Shown: positions 12,198 to 24,007 of the stretch, piece after piece
Layout: every line of letters begins with the position of its first letter
Numbering within the stretch: position 1 is the first letter of the stretch
Source: Utricularia gibba
Lineage: Eukaryota > Plantae > Magnoliophyta
Length of the DNA: 64,000 nt
Reading direction: 5' to 3'
Assembly (NCBI GenBank): GCA_002189035.1
Contig: NEEC01000012.1
Coordinates: 992,001-1,056,000 of the forward strand
Position numbers and translations under genes: made by a program
The notes under the pieces: model-generated
Databases searched by the model: none
What the model was told of the DNA's origin: nothing
Seen by the model: only the letters and a program-made list of their open reading frames with translations

Positions 12198-13697
12198 TGT
12201 TAGTGTATGTGTTCTAGAGACAATCAACTCATTGAAAAATCTTATCTTTTGATATTTACTTTGAATTGTGATCAAATTTATATCATTGATAAAATCCTCT
12301 ACTTGATCTATATGCTATAGAAATTATGATGAGATCATAATGTGAGATTCTTTAAGCACTCATGATCAAGTTAAAACTCCCTACCTAGAGTATTTGTGAA
12401 ATGAGGATATCACAAATTAGGATAAGCTGGCACACATTGAGTTCCTTAAATTGTTTAGGCAATGGTTCTCATAATTGATGTAATGAGATTACTAGAACCT
12501 ATGTGTGGGTGTCGATTAGAGAATCGATTTACTAGATGACTCATCTTCAAGATGCTACTATGGGAAGCTAACCAAGTGTCAGTAGCAAGATCTCGAATAT
12601 GACAGCCGTGCAAGTAAGCTTAGACTTGAAGTCAACAAAGTTATCTTGATCTTAAGCTCACATTTTCGCTCATTACTAATGGGAGCCTAACCATGGCTTT
12701 CCTAGTGTGGATGAGTAGGGATGTGACTCCTTAAGGTTGGAGATAATTGATTGATCAATAAAGGATTCATCACTCATGTTAGCGATGAGATCATATCTCA
12801 AGTAATTGCATCAAACCCTAACAGTAAGTTCTGGGCCCAGGGTAATGACACTCAAATTGTTTGAGTAGGTCATTGAGTGTTAGTGCTTGAATGCAATTAT
12901 AAGTTCAATACATCAGAAAGACACACACCCATGTTTTGGTATCGAATGAGATATAAGAATGATGAAAGCTATTCATTGCATGGTGGCTTGGTCATGGAAA
13001 GGCTCAATCAGTTCACCTGATTATTCTTTAACCCTGGGGATCATGATATGTTGCTAGACATCACTTATGATCAATAATGATGGATTTGATTAATCAAGAG
13101 TTAATTAATAAATCCATTCTTATGGCCTTGATTGAAGAAGCCTATAGGGTCACACACAATAGTGCAGTCACTCATCGATATAAAGTAGGATGACACAATT
13201 ACATAAGATGTAATTGGTAAAGTGGATAAATTAAATAGAGAGCTATTTTGAGATTAATATTGATTAAACTCAAAATAAAAGATCTCACATAGATAAGATT
13301 TGGAACATATACATATCTCTACAAGATACGATCTTTATGGAGATATGATTTGATATGTCACAAAATATTTATCAAAAAGATTTAGATCTTGAGATCTGCT
13401 CCAAGGTCTTCATACTCTTAAAGATTGATCCACAAGGAGGCGTTTTTCTCTACTAGCACCTGAGAAATTCGACCAGCATTCAAGAGCCTTGAAAAGGTTG
13501 TCGACGGAGTGCTCCACGTGTGGATACCATAGAGGCCGTTTGCTATTGGGTTGGTGAACAACGGAGTCATCTAAAAGATATTTTCAACATCTCTTTGTCT
13601 GATGTATACCGTATTCCAAGATCTGCGTTTGGGGTTTCTCAAAATTTTTAAAATTCCGCTGCTTTGGAGACATACGATGTCCACGAGAAACCCAACA
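12198..13697 (+). mobile_element. 1.5-kb solo LTR (copia-type, possibly Angela-like) inserted in the copia RT
   Basis: TGTTAGTGTATG...GAAACCCAACA termini. TSD GATGA/GTTGA (4/5). The RT frame CKK|VETPM rejoins across it. Homologs at 6509-7011 and 38245-39325. The lineage call is a tentative inference. Confidence 0.9.
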
Positions 13698-14382
13698 GTT
13701 GAAACACCCATGACTGTTGGCACAAAGTTATTTTTTGATGATGCAAGTTTTAAAATTGATCTAACTTTACATAAAAGTATGGTGAGAAGTTAATGTTATC
13801 TTACAAGTACATGACATCCTTTTATGTAGTGGGAGTGGTTAGCAGGTACATGGAGTCTCCAACTCACTTGCATTTTACAGCAAGAAAAAGAATTCTGCGT
13901 TACATCAGTGGAACACTTGATACAAAAATCTGAAAGCTTTGCTTTAGTTGGATACAGCGATAGTGATTGAGGAGGCAATCTAGATGATTCTAATAGCACA
14001 ACCGGGTTTTGCTTGGAGTTCTAAGAAACAACCGGTGGTTGCTCTATCCTCCTTTGAAGCAAAATTTATTTTAGCAAATTCTTGTGTAAGCCATGCCATT
14101 TGGTTAAGAAATCTGCTTGAAAATATTCGATTTGTGCATTTTGCTGCTACAAAGATAAAGATTGACAATAAATTTGCCATTGAACTCGGAAAAAATCCAA
14201 TGCTCCAAACTAGAAGCAAGGACATTAGTACAAGATATCATTTATCAGAGATTGTGTTATAGAAAAGTATGTAGAATTGGAGTATGTCAGAAATGAAGAT
14301 CAGCTTGTAGACATCTTCACAAAGCCATTGTCAAGCAGACTGTTTGTTGTGCTAAGAGGCATGATTGGAGTTTGAAAGACTT

Positions 14383-14672
14383 TAGCTTGAGGGAGGATGT
14401 TAGAGATCAAGTCTTGAAGCCTTTCTCAGGTTCTCTGGTTATGGATATTACATAGCATGGATGGAAGAGCAGTTATGCAACTTGTGAAGGAGAAGTTTAT
14501 AAATCTTCTCTATTAGTTGGTTATGTTTGAATAAACTTAACGTTAGGTGGTTATCTGTTATAAGTGTGTTGGTTTTAATAGAATAAAGTGTGATTCTCAA
14601 GTTGAATGAATAGACATCTTCTCCAATTGGTTCTTCATCTTTCTTGCTAAAACATCAAACCTTCTTGCAACA
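14383..14672 (+). repeat. Polypurine tract (TAGCTTGAGGGAGGA) plus ~275-bp 3' LTR of the copia element
   Basis: The PPT follows the end of RNase H; the LTR starts TGTTAGAG at 14398 and ends TTGCAACA at 14672. Confidence 0.8.
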
Positions 14673-16869
14673 GAAAGAAATATCAATTGCAGAAAAATAA
14701 TCCATATTATCTATCATATGGCTCCTATAGCTACTATCAATACACTATCGTCTCATGATATCACCAATGAAGCAATGAACTTTCTCACTCGTTGAACCTT
14801 CTATATTTGTTTAGTTGGTTTCAATTTAGCATCGGTATCCATTATTTACGTATCTTTAAATGTATGAGTTCATGAAATAGGATGTGTTTGATAAGTGGGT
14901 TGTTTTTATTTAGGTTTATTATTAATATTTATTTGAGATGCACGCCTATAACAAGTGATTTTTTGTGATTTTTCTATAACATTACATAAATAATTTTTGA
15001 TATTTTTATATTGTATATAAAATATCCAGTAATTCCTAATTTTTGCGCAAATTGTGCTGCCCGATGACACCCATCTCCAATCCAACACTCAACTCTCATC
15101 GTAGCTTCAGTATGCATTTTGTTTTGTGAATAATGCGATTGGATTTTATTATTCGCAAGTATCACAAAGGTTGAATTGACATGGTTTTGGATAACATAGA
15201 CACGTAATGACTATTGCAAATTTTTATATTGTTAAGAAAACAAATACAACTTGAAATTTCCAAATCATATACTCACCTCATAGTTACATAGATACATAAT
15301 GACTATTTGAAATCTTTCAATTCCTAACAAGTTCAACTAACAGCATGCTTGTTGTAATCTGACAAAGGATGATCTATCAATGACCGTTGTCCTATATGAT
15401 GGTGTGCCGTCATGCTCAGCACAATGCTTGCCTCTTGGAGATCTTGCAGAAATTTTCTTAGTTCATGCACATGTGACTCAACATTATTATGTTATCAAGA
15501 AATATAAAATAAAACATATTGCATGAGCATTTGAAAAGATATGATAGACATCTTTCTTCTAGAAGCCCATGGAAAAGATGTAGATACACTTACTTTGAGC
15601 TGGAAAAAGGTAATAGGAAGCAAGAGAGAGGAGAGGACTGATAAAAAAAAATAGGGAGGAGCATTGAGCATTTAGATCTACATTTTTCCACCAAATTTCT
15701 GCCCAAAACTATCATTTTCAACAAATCTACGACTGAGAGCAATCTCTAGACATTTTATTTCTATTTTTTGCACTTCCATTTCTGTTGTTGAACTTGCTAT
15801 TGTTACTTTTTGCATTTTCAGGCTTTGAACTTGTTTATGTTTGAGTTCTTCAGCATTTAGTTCTTGAGTTAATATGTTTAGTATTCCTATAACCCTTTGC
15901 CCTTTTTTTAAGTGTGTTAAAACTGGTTTAAGTCTATGAACACTTTTGAGTGACACAAGAGTTAGACTCTAGTGTAAAACTCAGTCAAGACACCTTCACT
16001 TTATATTTTCTATGTATCCTTGTTATTTTATGTCTTAAGCCATGAGAGCAGAACCCCCAAAAAACACCTTGTTTTCAGTAAATGTGATCGATTTCAGGAA
16101 ATGGCAATCGTTTCCTGTAGATTCAACCCTTGCTTAACACATTACATTAATTCTTGTAATTTATGTAGTAAAATAGCTAGGTTTATAAATTTTTTTTTAT
16201 GCGTTAAATGTGCTAAACCACGACATTCAGCAAATAAATTCAAGCGTTCATCAATTATGCATAGCAATTAATAGGCTAGAGACATGCCACGAGACGTAGG
16301 ATGCTTAATCTAAAATTACAGATGTACCTTCCAAAACATTGGCTGTTTGAAGAATTTTTACATTATGTTGCTTGTATTGCTTCCAAAGTTAGGGTTGTAG
16401 AAGTTGGAATTTAGAATTTGAGTGTGGCACCATTCCTTTATGTATTTGAATACATAAAGGAGAATTTGAGTCAGTTGCTACATTCACCAACATTAATTCA
16501 ACAAGGTCTTGAATTTCATCATTTGACACTTTTCTTGAGCCATTTCTATTCCAAAGTTTCACATTGATGGAATCAATGCCATTAAAAAACACAAAAAGTA
16601 CAAGATGTTTCATTTGGAAACCAAACCAGCAAAAACCATGGGTGCTTATCATACCACACTTGAAACTCTCCAATAATCATTAAGTTTAAACCAGCCAAAC
16701 AATTCTCCCAAAATAGGAAGTAAGAGATACAAACAATGATTGCTAAAGCTCATGTGGCATATCTCCAGTTCGCTTTCTTCAATCATAGTGATGGGTCGAA
16801 AATTATTAAAGGTGTTATGGACCTAAAGATTTTTCCCATCAAATATTATTTATAAAACTGAATAAACAA

Positions 16870-17250
16870 TGTACATCATATTCATGGAGAAAATAGTTTT
16901 TAGTTGTAAGTCATACTCGTAAGTGGGATAAAATAGGGTGTTTTTGTCAAGAAGTGCGTTTCTACTCTAAACAAATTATAAAACTCTTAGAATGGGTTCT
17001 ACACTAAAAACAAACAACAGATGAGTAGATTAACATTTCTTGAAATTTAAAAGTAACCATTTCACAAAATCAAAACATTAATCATACTTAAAGGAAGTTA
17101 AACATTTTTAGGTTACTATTCCAATTCATGTGCAAAAATAGTAGAGAAAACTATGAAAGAAGCATGATTGGTTAATGAAGACACTCAAACAAAGTTCATG
17201 TTCAAGCAAGAAATGTAAATACTAGCAAGTTCATGAAAGTGCAGAAAATA
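16870..17250. repeat. LTR-like repeat homologous to ~44030-44300
   Basis: Shared runs such as GTTTCTACT..AAA..AATT.ATAAAACTCT and GTTACTATTCCAATTCATG.G..AAAATAGTA. Boundaries not resolved. Confidence 0.55.
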
Positions 17251-18258
17251 AAGAGTTTGTGCAATTCTCCAAGTTAGTTTTGTGTGTGAGTCGTCATTTT
17301 CTTGTCGTGCAGACTAGTTCTAAGACTTTGCTATGAAGGTTCCTAGTTTTGCTGTTGTTCTGGGTGATGGGGGTAGTTCGAATATCACTCTAAAACTACT
17401 TCCGTTGTTTCCTTCTTAACAAATAGGTCTCTGTTTCTACAAGGCTTTAGGCATTGAAGGTATGTTCTACTATAAGTTTGGAACTATTCCTCCTTCATCT
17501 TCCTTCCTGAAAACTTTTCAAATGCACCTAAAATCACCTTCTAGCATTGGAAACCTCCCTTCTCAGTCTACCTACCCCAATATTGTTTTCTTTTGCTTGG
17601 TAAGCACTTTTTGTTCCCTATTTTCTGCAAGGTAGTTTTATTTCATCACGCATGCAAACATGTAATTCCCATTTTGCTCATAGACTAATAATTATTATGC
17701 AAAATGGTCAGAATACATGGTCCAACCCAAATGGACTGGGCATTCTTAGGCCTAGATGAACAGTAAGTTCACCCCCAACAAACAAATCAAAGAAAAATAG
17801 GCCCAAAAATAGGTTCATGCACAAAATAAATTCACTAATACTCATTTTGACATTTTTACCTATTCTAACTAGCTTAATGCCTTATACGAACACTAAAAAT
17901 ACCAAAAATATAACTCATTTTAACACAAAATCATACATATTGAATGTATTCCTAGATGGAGACATATCTTAGCAACCAATCAAGAATTTTTGAGACATCG
18001 AGCTCTTGAGATGCTCCTCTGATTGATGTAAACAGCCACACTCATTGGCCATACTTGTAATCTCCGATATTTGGGCTCCAAAAAAATGTAAGTTGGATTT
18101 GGGTAAGGCCGATTTAATCTAAGGCCCATCTAAATAGGAGAAAGTTGCTAGACTAATTGTTTCAGTGTTGGTGACTTCATGTTTAACAAATTGTAATGCA
18201 AGCATCACCACCTCTACATTTCAGTCCTAACGTTTTCATTGCACTAATATGAAGGCAC

Positions 18259-18494
18259 AAGCACCATGAATGCTTGATTGTGGTGTTGGCAGATCACGTC
18301 TAAAAAGATGAAGCTGCAAGCACCACAAATGCTTAGTTGCAGTGTTGGTGATTCACATCTAAAAAGATGAGTCAACAAGCACTGCGAATGTTTGATTGTG
18401 GTGTTGATGCATTGCATTCAAAAAAATGAAGCTACTAGAATTGCGAACGCTCAATTGCGGTGCTAACTCTCTGCATCTAAAATAGAGAATTTCA
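18259..18494. repeat. Tandem repeat, 59-bp unit, ~4 diverged copies
   Basis: Units start at 18259, 18318, 18377 and 18436 (CAAGCACCA..AATGCTT..TTG..GTGTTG....CA..TCTAAAAAGATGA). Confidence 0.75.
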
Positions 18495-20734
18495 CACAGT
18501 TGTCCAAATTTGAATGCTTGCAAGGTGTTTATAATACGACAGGGAAGCAAAAGCACATGTGACTACATTAGACTGAAAATGGCATTGCATAAGTTTAGGT
18601 AAACTCATACCTATGGGTTTTTAGTTGGTTTGTCTAAATTTGTGAAGTAAATTTAAACCTAACAGTACCCTATAGACGAAGCATAGGTAAAACATTAAAC
18701 TTATATATAAAACCAACTAAACCCATGAACAAAACAAGCACTCAGAGCTTGCCTCACATTCAATTGTAACCAACGAAAATCCAACACATGGTTTTAAGGA
18801 AGAGCCCTCATAATTAGCTAGATTGGCTTTAGGTTTCATAAATGACAAAATCTTAGTAGCACAAATCCCGATGAGCTCAAAAAGAAGAGTGAAGTTGCAG
18901 AATATGTGGACAGAAGCTGAATGAAGTTCATCAAATCCCAAGTTAAAGAAAAAAGAGTATTTTCAGAATGATAAGAAAGTGAAAATATCTGCACACATGG
19001 AAGAACACGCCATAGACTTCTAGGAGGGGGATCTGAGGAAGAACTTACAGGATGGAATGAAGAACATGAACCAAGAACCAAATCCTCTTTTGAAGACTTC
19101 TTTCGCTTCTGAAAAACATTACTCCTATCTCAAAATAGTTTTAGCTTTTTCATGTAACTGTTTACGATTATAGTATATTTTGTTTCTTTTCTTGTTATTA
19201 AGTTGTGGAACAAAGATGATTTTTATGTTATGTTATGAAAGTATTTTATTTTCCCTTAGTGTGAGTAGCTAGTCACTTAGGGGTGCCTTGGTACTAAAAA
19301 AGGATAATGTGCAAATCATCATTTTGATTTTATTAATCATAAATCACACAACTTCCTTACCAAATAGGATAGATCCAAAAGGAAGAGGTAATGAGACTTA
19401 TCTTAAACAATTCTAATGAGAGGTAGATCAAAGATTAGAAGAAAATAAGAGTTTAGGTAGACCTAAAGAGTGATATGAAAAACTTCTATGCTGAACTTTT
19501 AGTTATGGAAAAGTAAAAGATATATTTTTTTCAAAACATCATTATTTTCAAATAATAAAAGTATTTTTAAAATCATATGATAAAAAAAACTTTTGAAGAA
19601 GTCATAACGTGTGTGCTTTTTCAAAAATTTGTTGCCCAACATGTGGTACAAAATTGAAGAGTACTTTCTCTTAGGGCTGTTGCTTACGATATGGTGTGAA
19701 TTTTTTCTGTTTTCCCTTTCTTTCCTTATTTTTCTTCTATTTAGGTGGCTGCATTCCATAGGTCACTAATTGGAGTTCTTCAATATCTCAACTAGTTGTT
19801 TGATTGTAATTCTTTCTATTAGCAGGCCTTTCACATCACGATATTGAATGTTATATCTTGTTTTCTAAAGTTTTGATTTTGTTTTTATTTTTCTCTATCT
19901 CATTCAAAAGAATGGGGCGATTTTGTAACTGAGGACTTTTCAATTGAATTCATTGAAGAAATTTACCCTAGTACATTACATAAGATGAACTCAATTAATA
20001 CCTACATTTTCAATGGAATTAATCCATTTTTTTGTTTGTTGTTTCACCTTTGAGCTTGGTTGGTCCACATCTACATCCTCTGTGATCAAGTTAGGCACTG
20101 TAGTGGGTCTGTGAACCATAGGTCACCTTCTATTGATCCTTAGCAATTGTATATGGATCACTTTCACATATATATATTTATGGTGTAGAGATATGCCTCA
20201 CCGGGGGAGTTTTTACCAAATCCACCCACTACAAAAAAACTCAGTTCAAAACCATTCACTTTGTACATCTCACCTCAATTGCATGTCAAAACCACCCATC
20301 CTACCGATTTTCTTTTTTATTTTTGAATTTCTTTTTGACAACATATTTTGATACTATTATATTTTTTACAAAAAAATAAAAATGTATTACATTCGTTTTG
20401 CAAATATTGTAATAAATATTATTAAAGTATCTTTTTTAGAATTCAAAAATTATATTAAAAAAAATAAAATAAAATTATATTTTTCATAATTATTATATAT
20501 TCAAAAATATATACAATTAAATAATGGAAAAATAAATAATTTAAACAAAACGAAAAATCAAATTATATTATATATTCTTTTACAAATAATAAATCAAATT
20601 AAAAACCATAAATATCGCTTCATTTAACTTTTTCATTTTAATATTTTTTATTTATGTTGATTGGTGTAATTCATTAATTACAATTATCAGAAATAAAAAA
20701 AACATATATAAAAAAAACAACAATTACATATTTA

Positions 20735-21370
20735 TATCGATCACTACAATTCATCAACTATACTTACCAAAAATGAAACTAATAGAAAGAAAATGATAAT
20801 TACATATTTCTTCCAATAGCTATAATTCATCAATTACGGTTATCAGAAATAAAATTAATATAAAAAAAAATAATAATAGCCCATTTCTAACAATCACTAT
20901 AATCATCAATTATAGTTACCACAAATAAAAATAATATAAGAAAAACCACAATCATTTATTTCTGTCAATCACTATAATTCATCAATTACATTGATTAGAA
21001 AACATGGTGATAGTAGTCTATTAAGCAAAAGTGTTCCGAACAAACATAAAAGAGGAAATAAGAATTACTCGAGTAATAGCATGTATCTCTAAATTTTACG
21101 GTCACCGTAATTACCGATTACAGTTACTAGAATTGAAAGTAATATAATGAAATGATAACCAATTTCTACGGATCACCGAAATCATTAATTACAGTTACTA
21201 CAAAAAATGTTTATAATACTTCATTAAGCTAAACGATGATTACCTATTTCTGCTGATCATAGTAATCATCAATTACAGTTACCAGAAAATATGCTTATAG
21301 TATTCTACCAAGCAAAATGACGATTACCTATTTTTGCTGATCACCGTAATCATCAGTTATAGTTACTAGA
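20735..21370 (+). repeat. Left subterminal array, ~8 copies of a ~33-bp core (ATCACTATAATTCATCAATTACAGTTACCAGAA) at ~75-bp spacing
   Basis: Cores near 20737, 20813, 20889, 20966, 21100, 21169, 21253 and 21337. Confidence 0.85.
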
Positions 21371-21423
21371 TAACAATAAAGAAAAAGTGCTCCTAATATG
21401 CATAATGAAATAGAAAATTAAAA

Positions 21424-23021
21424 TTACTCTGGTAATGCTTTGTAATGCTCCCAGTCTGGATGGTCTTCATTCATTGGGGCTTGACCATTACGAAAATCAC
21501 GCACAAAGGATGGTATATCAGATGCATCTATAAGTTCATCAAGAAAAGTCTTCATCTCACCCCCTTCCATAAAAGATGAATCTTTTTTATGATCCATGTG
21601 CTTGTAGGAGTATGGAAATATGACATTGTCAACCTATTTGAGAACCATTAAAGTATAATCTAAACTAAAAAAAATAAAATTTCACTTATGAAATTTTTAA
21701 CTAAAATTATTACCGGATTTGTTGTAGACTCGTATTGGGAATCATCTACCAACAAGGTGTTACCATGTATATACTGGCTATGAAAAGCATCATCCTCCCA
21801 TATTTTTCGCAACTCTCTCAGCAAAACCATACTTGGTGGCTTCTTGAGGACTCAAAGGTTTATGATGGTGCATTTCGTTCCATCCCATATGAATGCCAAA
21901 TTTGACATCTTCTCGCCAAACATCCAGTTAATGACTTGGCTTAGTTGTGCACTGTTACAAAAAGAATAACATGTAAAACATATATATAAAAAAGATAATA
22001 TAATATTTTGTATATTACCCTCCACGTGAGGACCTTAATGCAACATCAAAATGTTGCATACACAATTCCATGAACTTCCTAGCATTTGGTCTTAGAAACA
22101 CTGAAAATATAGGGTTCAGTGTTTCTAAGAATGAAACCAATATAGCATTTGTTTCATTCAAGTCAATAAATTAGCAACTAAACATATGTTGCAAATGTGT
22201 GAAATACTAAATAAATACCATATTTGCTCGCCCATAAATCCACTTACCGGGATGCCCTTTGATGGTTGATGATGAATGAAAAATAATATCAGCAAAACTG
22301 CCATTGACGTCGAATACTACTAATTTCCGCACCATTGGAATATGACTACTTGATTCACAGAAAGAAGGCCATCTGGATTGATACCACTTTAGTTGTTGCT
22401 TCAACGCCTTATTTTCAGCTGCCAAATCATTGGTTTCATTGTAAACTACCACATCTTCGTGTAAATCATCAGCATCATTTCTACTTTGATCATCCACATC
22501 ATCATTTTTCTTTGTAATCCTTTTTTTCCCACACCAACACTTGGCTGTGTCCCGGACTCTAAAGATGGGAGGTAGGATTGTAGTCAATAACCTAGTCTGT
22601 CCTTTAAAGGAAGCAATGAATTCATCAACGACATCCCTTGGTAACATCTCAACACCTAATAGCAAGCATAAGTAAATTAGATCAATAAAATCAGAACAAT
22701 TCACATAAAAAAACATAGTATAAAAAATTGTTTAACACATAAAATACCTTGTGGTTTTCTCATAAGATGAGAATTTGGAAGTGTGCGTGGAAAATCATTT
22801 GGTAAATCTTCAGGAGGAGAAACCCATACAAAACTTGTCCACCAACTATCATAGTCACTTCGTAGAACTTTCACTAATTTAATTGTAGACTTACTCTTTA
22901 TCACATAATTTGGTGAATTCTTTATTCGACTAAACATGCACACAGCAAAGAAATAAGCAATTCTAGGGAAATGCTTTCCTCGCAGGCAATGTAAATCGAT
23001 GCCAATATATATGCCACTCAC
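21424..23021 (-). pseudogene. MULE-borne NIF/FCP1-like HAD phosphatase-domain gene, at least 5 exons, one in-frame stop
   Basis: Minus-strand exons ~23021-22748, 22655-22248, 22100-22019, 21951-21714 and 21633-21424, all with GT-AG introns and compatible phases. Spliced protein: ...RKLVVFDVNGSFADI...VFLRPNARKFMELCMQHFDVALRSSRG...LAFIWDGTKCT...LRELRKIWE...NTLLVDDSQY...NPVDNVIFPYSY...GGEMKTFLDEL...HPDWEHY. This follows the plant NIF-family motif series. TGA at 21852-21854. The 5' end is uncertain. Confidence 0.85.
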
Positions 23022-24007
23022 TTATGAGTCAAATGTGAAAATGAAATTTGAAGGCATTTCAAAACTTGCAACATAAATGGTACCACTAGTACACGCAAGC
23101 CACATCTAAGGTGCTTAGTGCTGATAGCAAAACCCTACAACATAAAAAGAAAGAATGCCATCTATTCTTTTTAGATTTACTCACAACATTGATCAATACA
23201 GTGTCAAAAAGTTTCAGATAAAACAAATGTTGTATGTTTTTAGATCCTCGTGAAATAGAGAACCCAATGCTATGACCATTAAGATATAAAAAACAAACAA
23301 AAATTACACATAAAGCATACCTGTTCTTGATGATTAAACCTTTGAAATGTGAAGATTGACACGGTAGTTGAAGAAGAAAGAGACGAATTGTGTAAATAAA
23401 TTTTTAAATTAATTAATTTGTTTTGTAAAACCCAATTTAATAAATTCAGGAAAATTGTCAGTCTGTTTAATCGGGAACCAAATGATACTTTTTCAATCAG
23501 AGATACTGAAGCATGTGATAAGTGGAAGGCACGTGAAGTAAAATTAGATGTGATTCTGCTAAAAATAGCAAATTTACAGATGGTCACCATAATTGAATAT
23601 AGTTATGATCATATATATCTTTTTTTACATCTATTAATGTTTTGAACACCATAAAACCTATAAATGCATCTGATTAATGTTTTGAAGATGGGATTATAAA
23701 ATATAATCATATATTGAACATAGTTATGAATTACATATGATTTTCAACTTATTACAATTTTTTTTACATACATGAATAAGATTCAAAAAAATGTGAAATG
23801 AATGTGTATGTAGTGTTTTTGATATAGTAATGAGAATGTGTTTCATTGTAAAAAATTCTTCGATTTCGACTTTTTTTACTCAAAAAACAGGAAAAGTATA
23901 TACATACTTTCTATTGCATCATACACATACACTTAATCACAAGTTTTTAGGTTGTTAAACATACTAAACCTTAATTAATTTGTGTAATTTTGATTATATC
24001 TTTAGAT

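Larger units (their letters stand above)
1..14672 (+). mobile_element. Decayed Ty1/copia LTR retrotransposon (5' end outside the window), interrupted by two nested insertions
   Basis: Domains in copia order: gag (EKILLSLDKKYNHIVIAIEEA...LQAYEE at 1-132), degenerate zinc knuckle (~370-430), protease start WY...SSHICG (~555-595) resuming after 9953 (DVLYICGLKCNILSLG), GAG-pre-integrase/integrase (HGDVCGPIKP, FLLFVNDYSRKT, 10299-11160), RT (11440-12197 and 13698-13980), RNase H (WSSKKQPVVALSSFEAK ... DQLVDIFTKPL), then PPT and a TG..CA LTR. Many stops and frameshifts. Confidence 0.93.

Noticed and set aside
15678-16673. Short ORFs as host genes
   Set aside because: No motifs or splice-consistent structure; they lie among LTR-like fragments.
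18259-18494. CRISPR-like palindromic repeats
   Set aside because: Contiguous diverged tandem units with no unique spacers.
20735-21370. CRISPR-like array (conserved core with variable linkers)
   Set aside because: Eukaryotic context, cores are diverged rather than identical, no cas genes, and a mirror array lies in the other end of a MULE.
22207-22247. ORF-track tail GKWIYGRANMVFI as part of the NIF-like protein
   Set aside because: A GTAAGT donor at 22247 gives the phase that joins exon 3 (HP-V-FLRP), so the tail is intron read-through.
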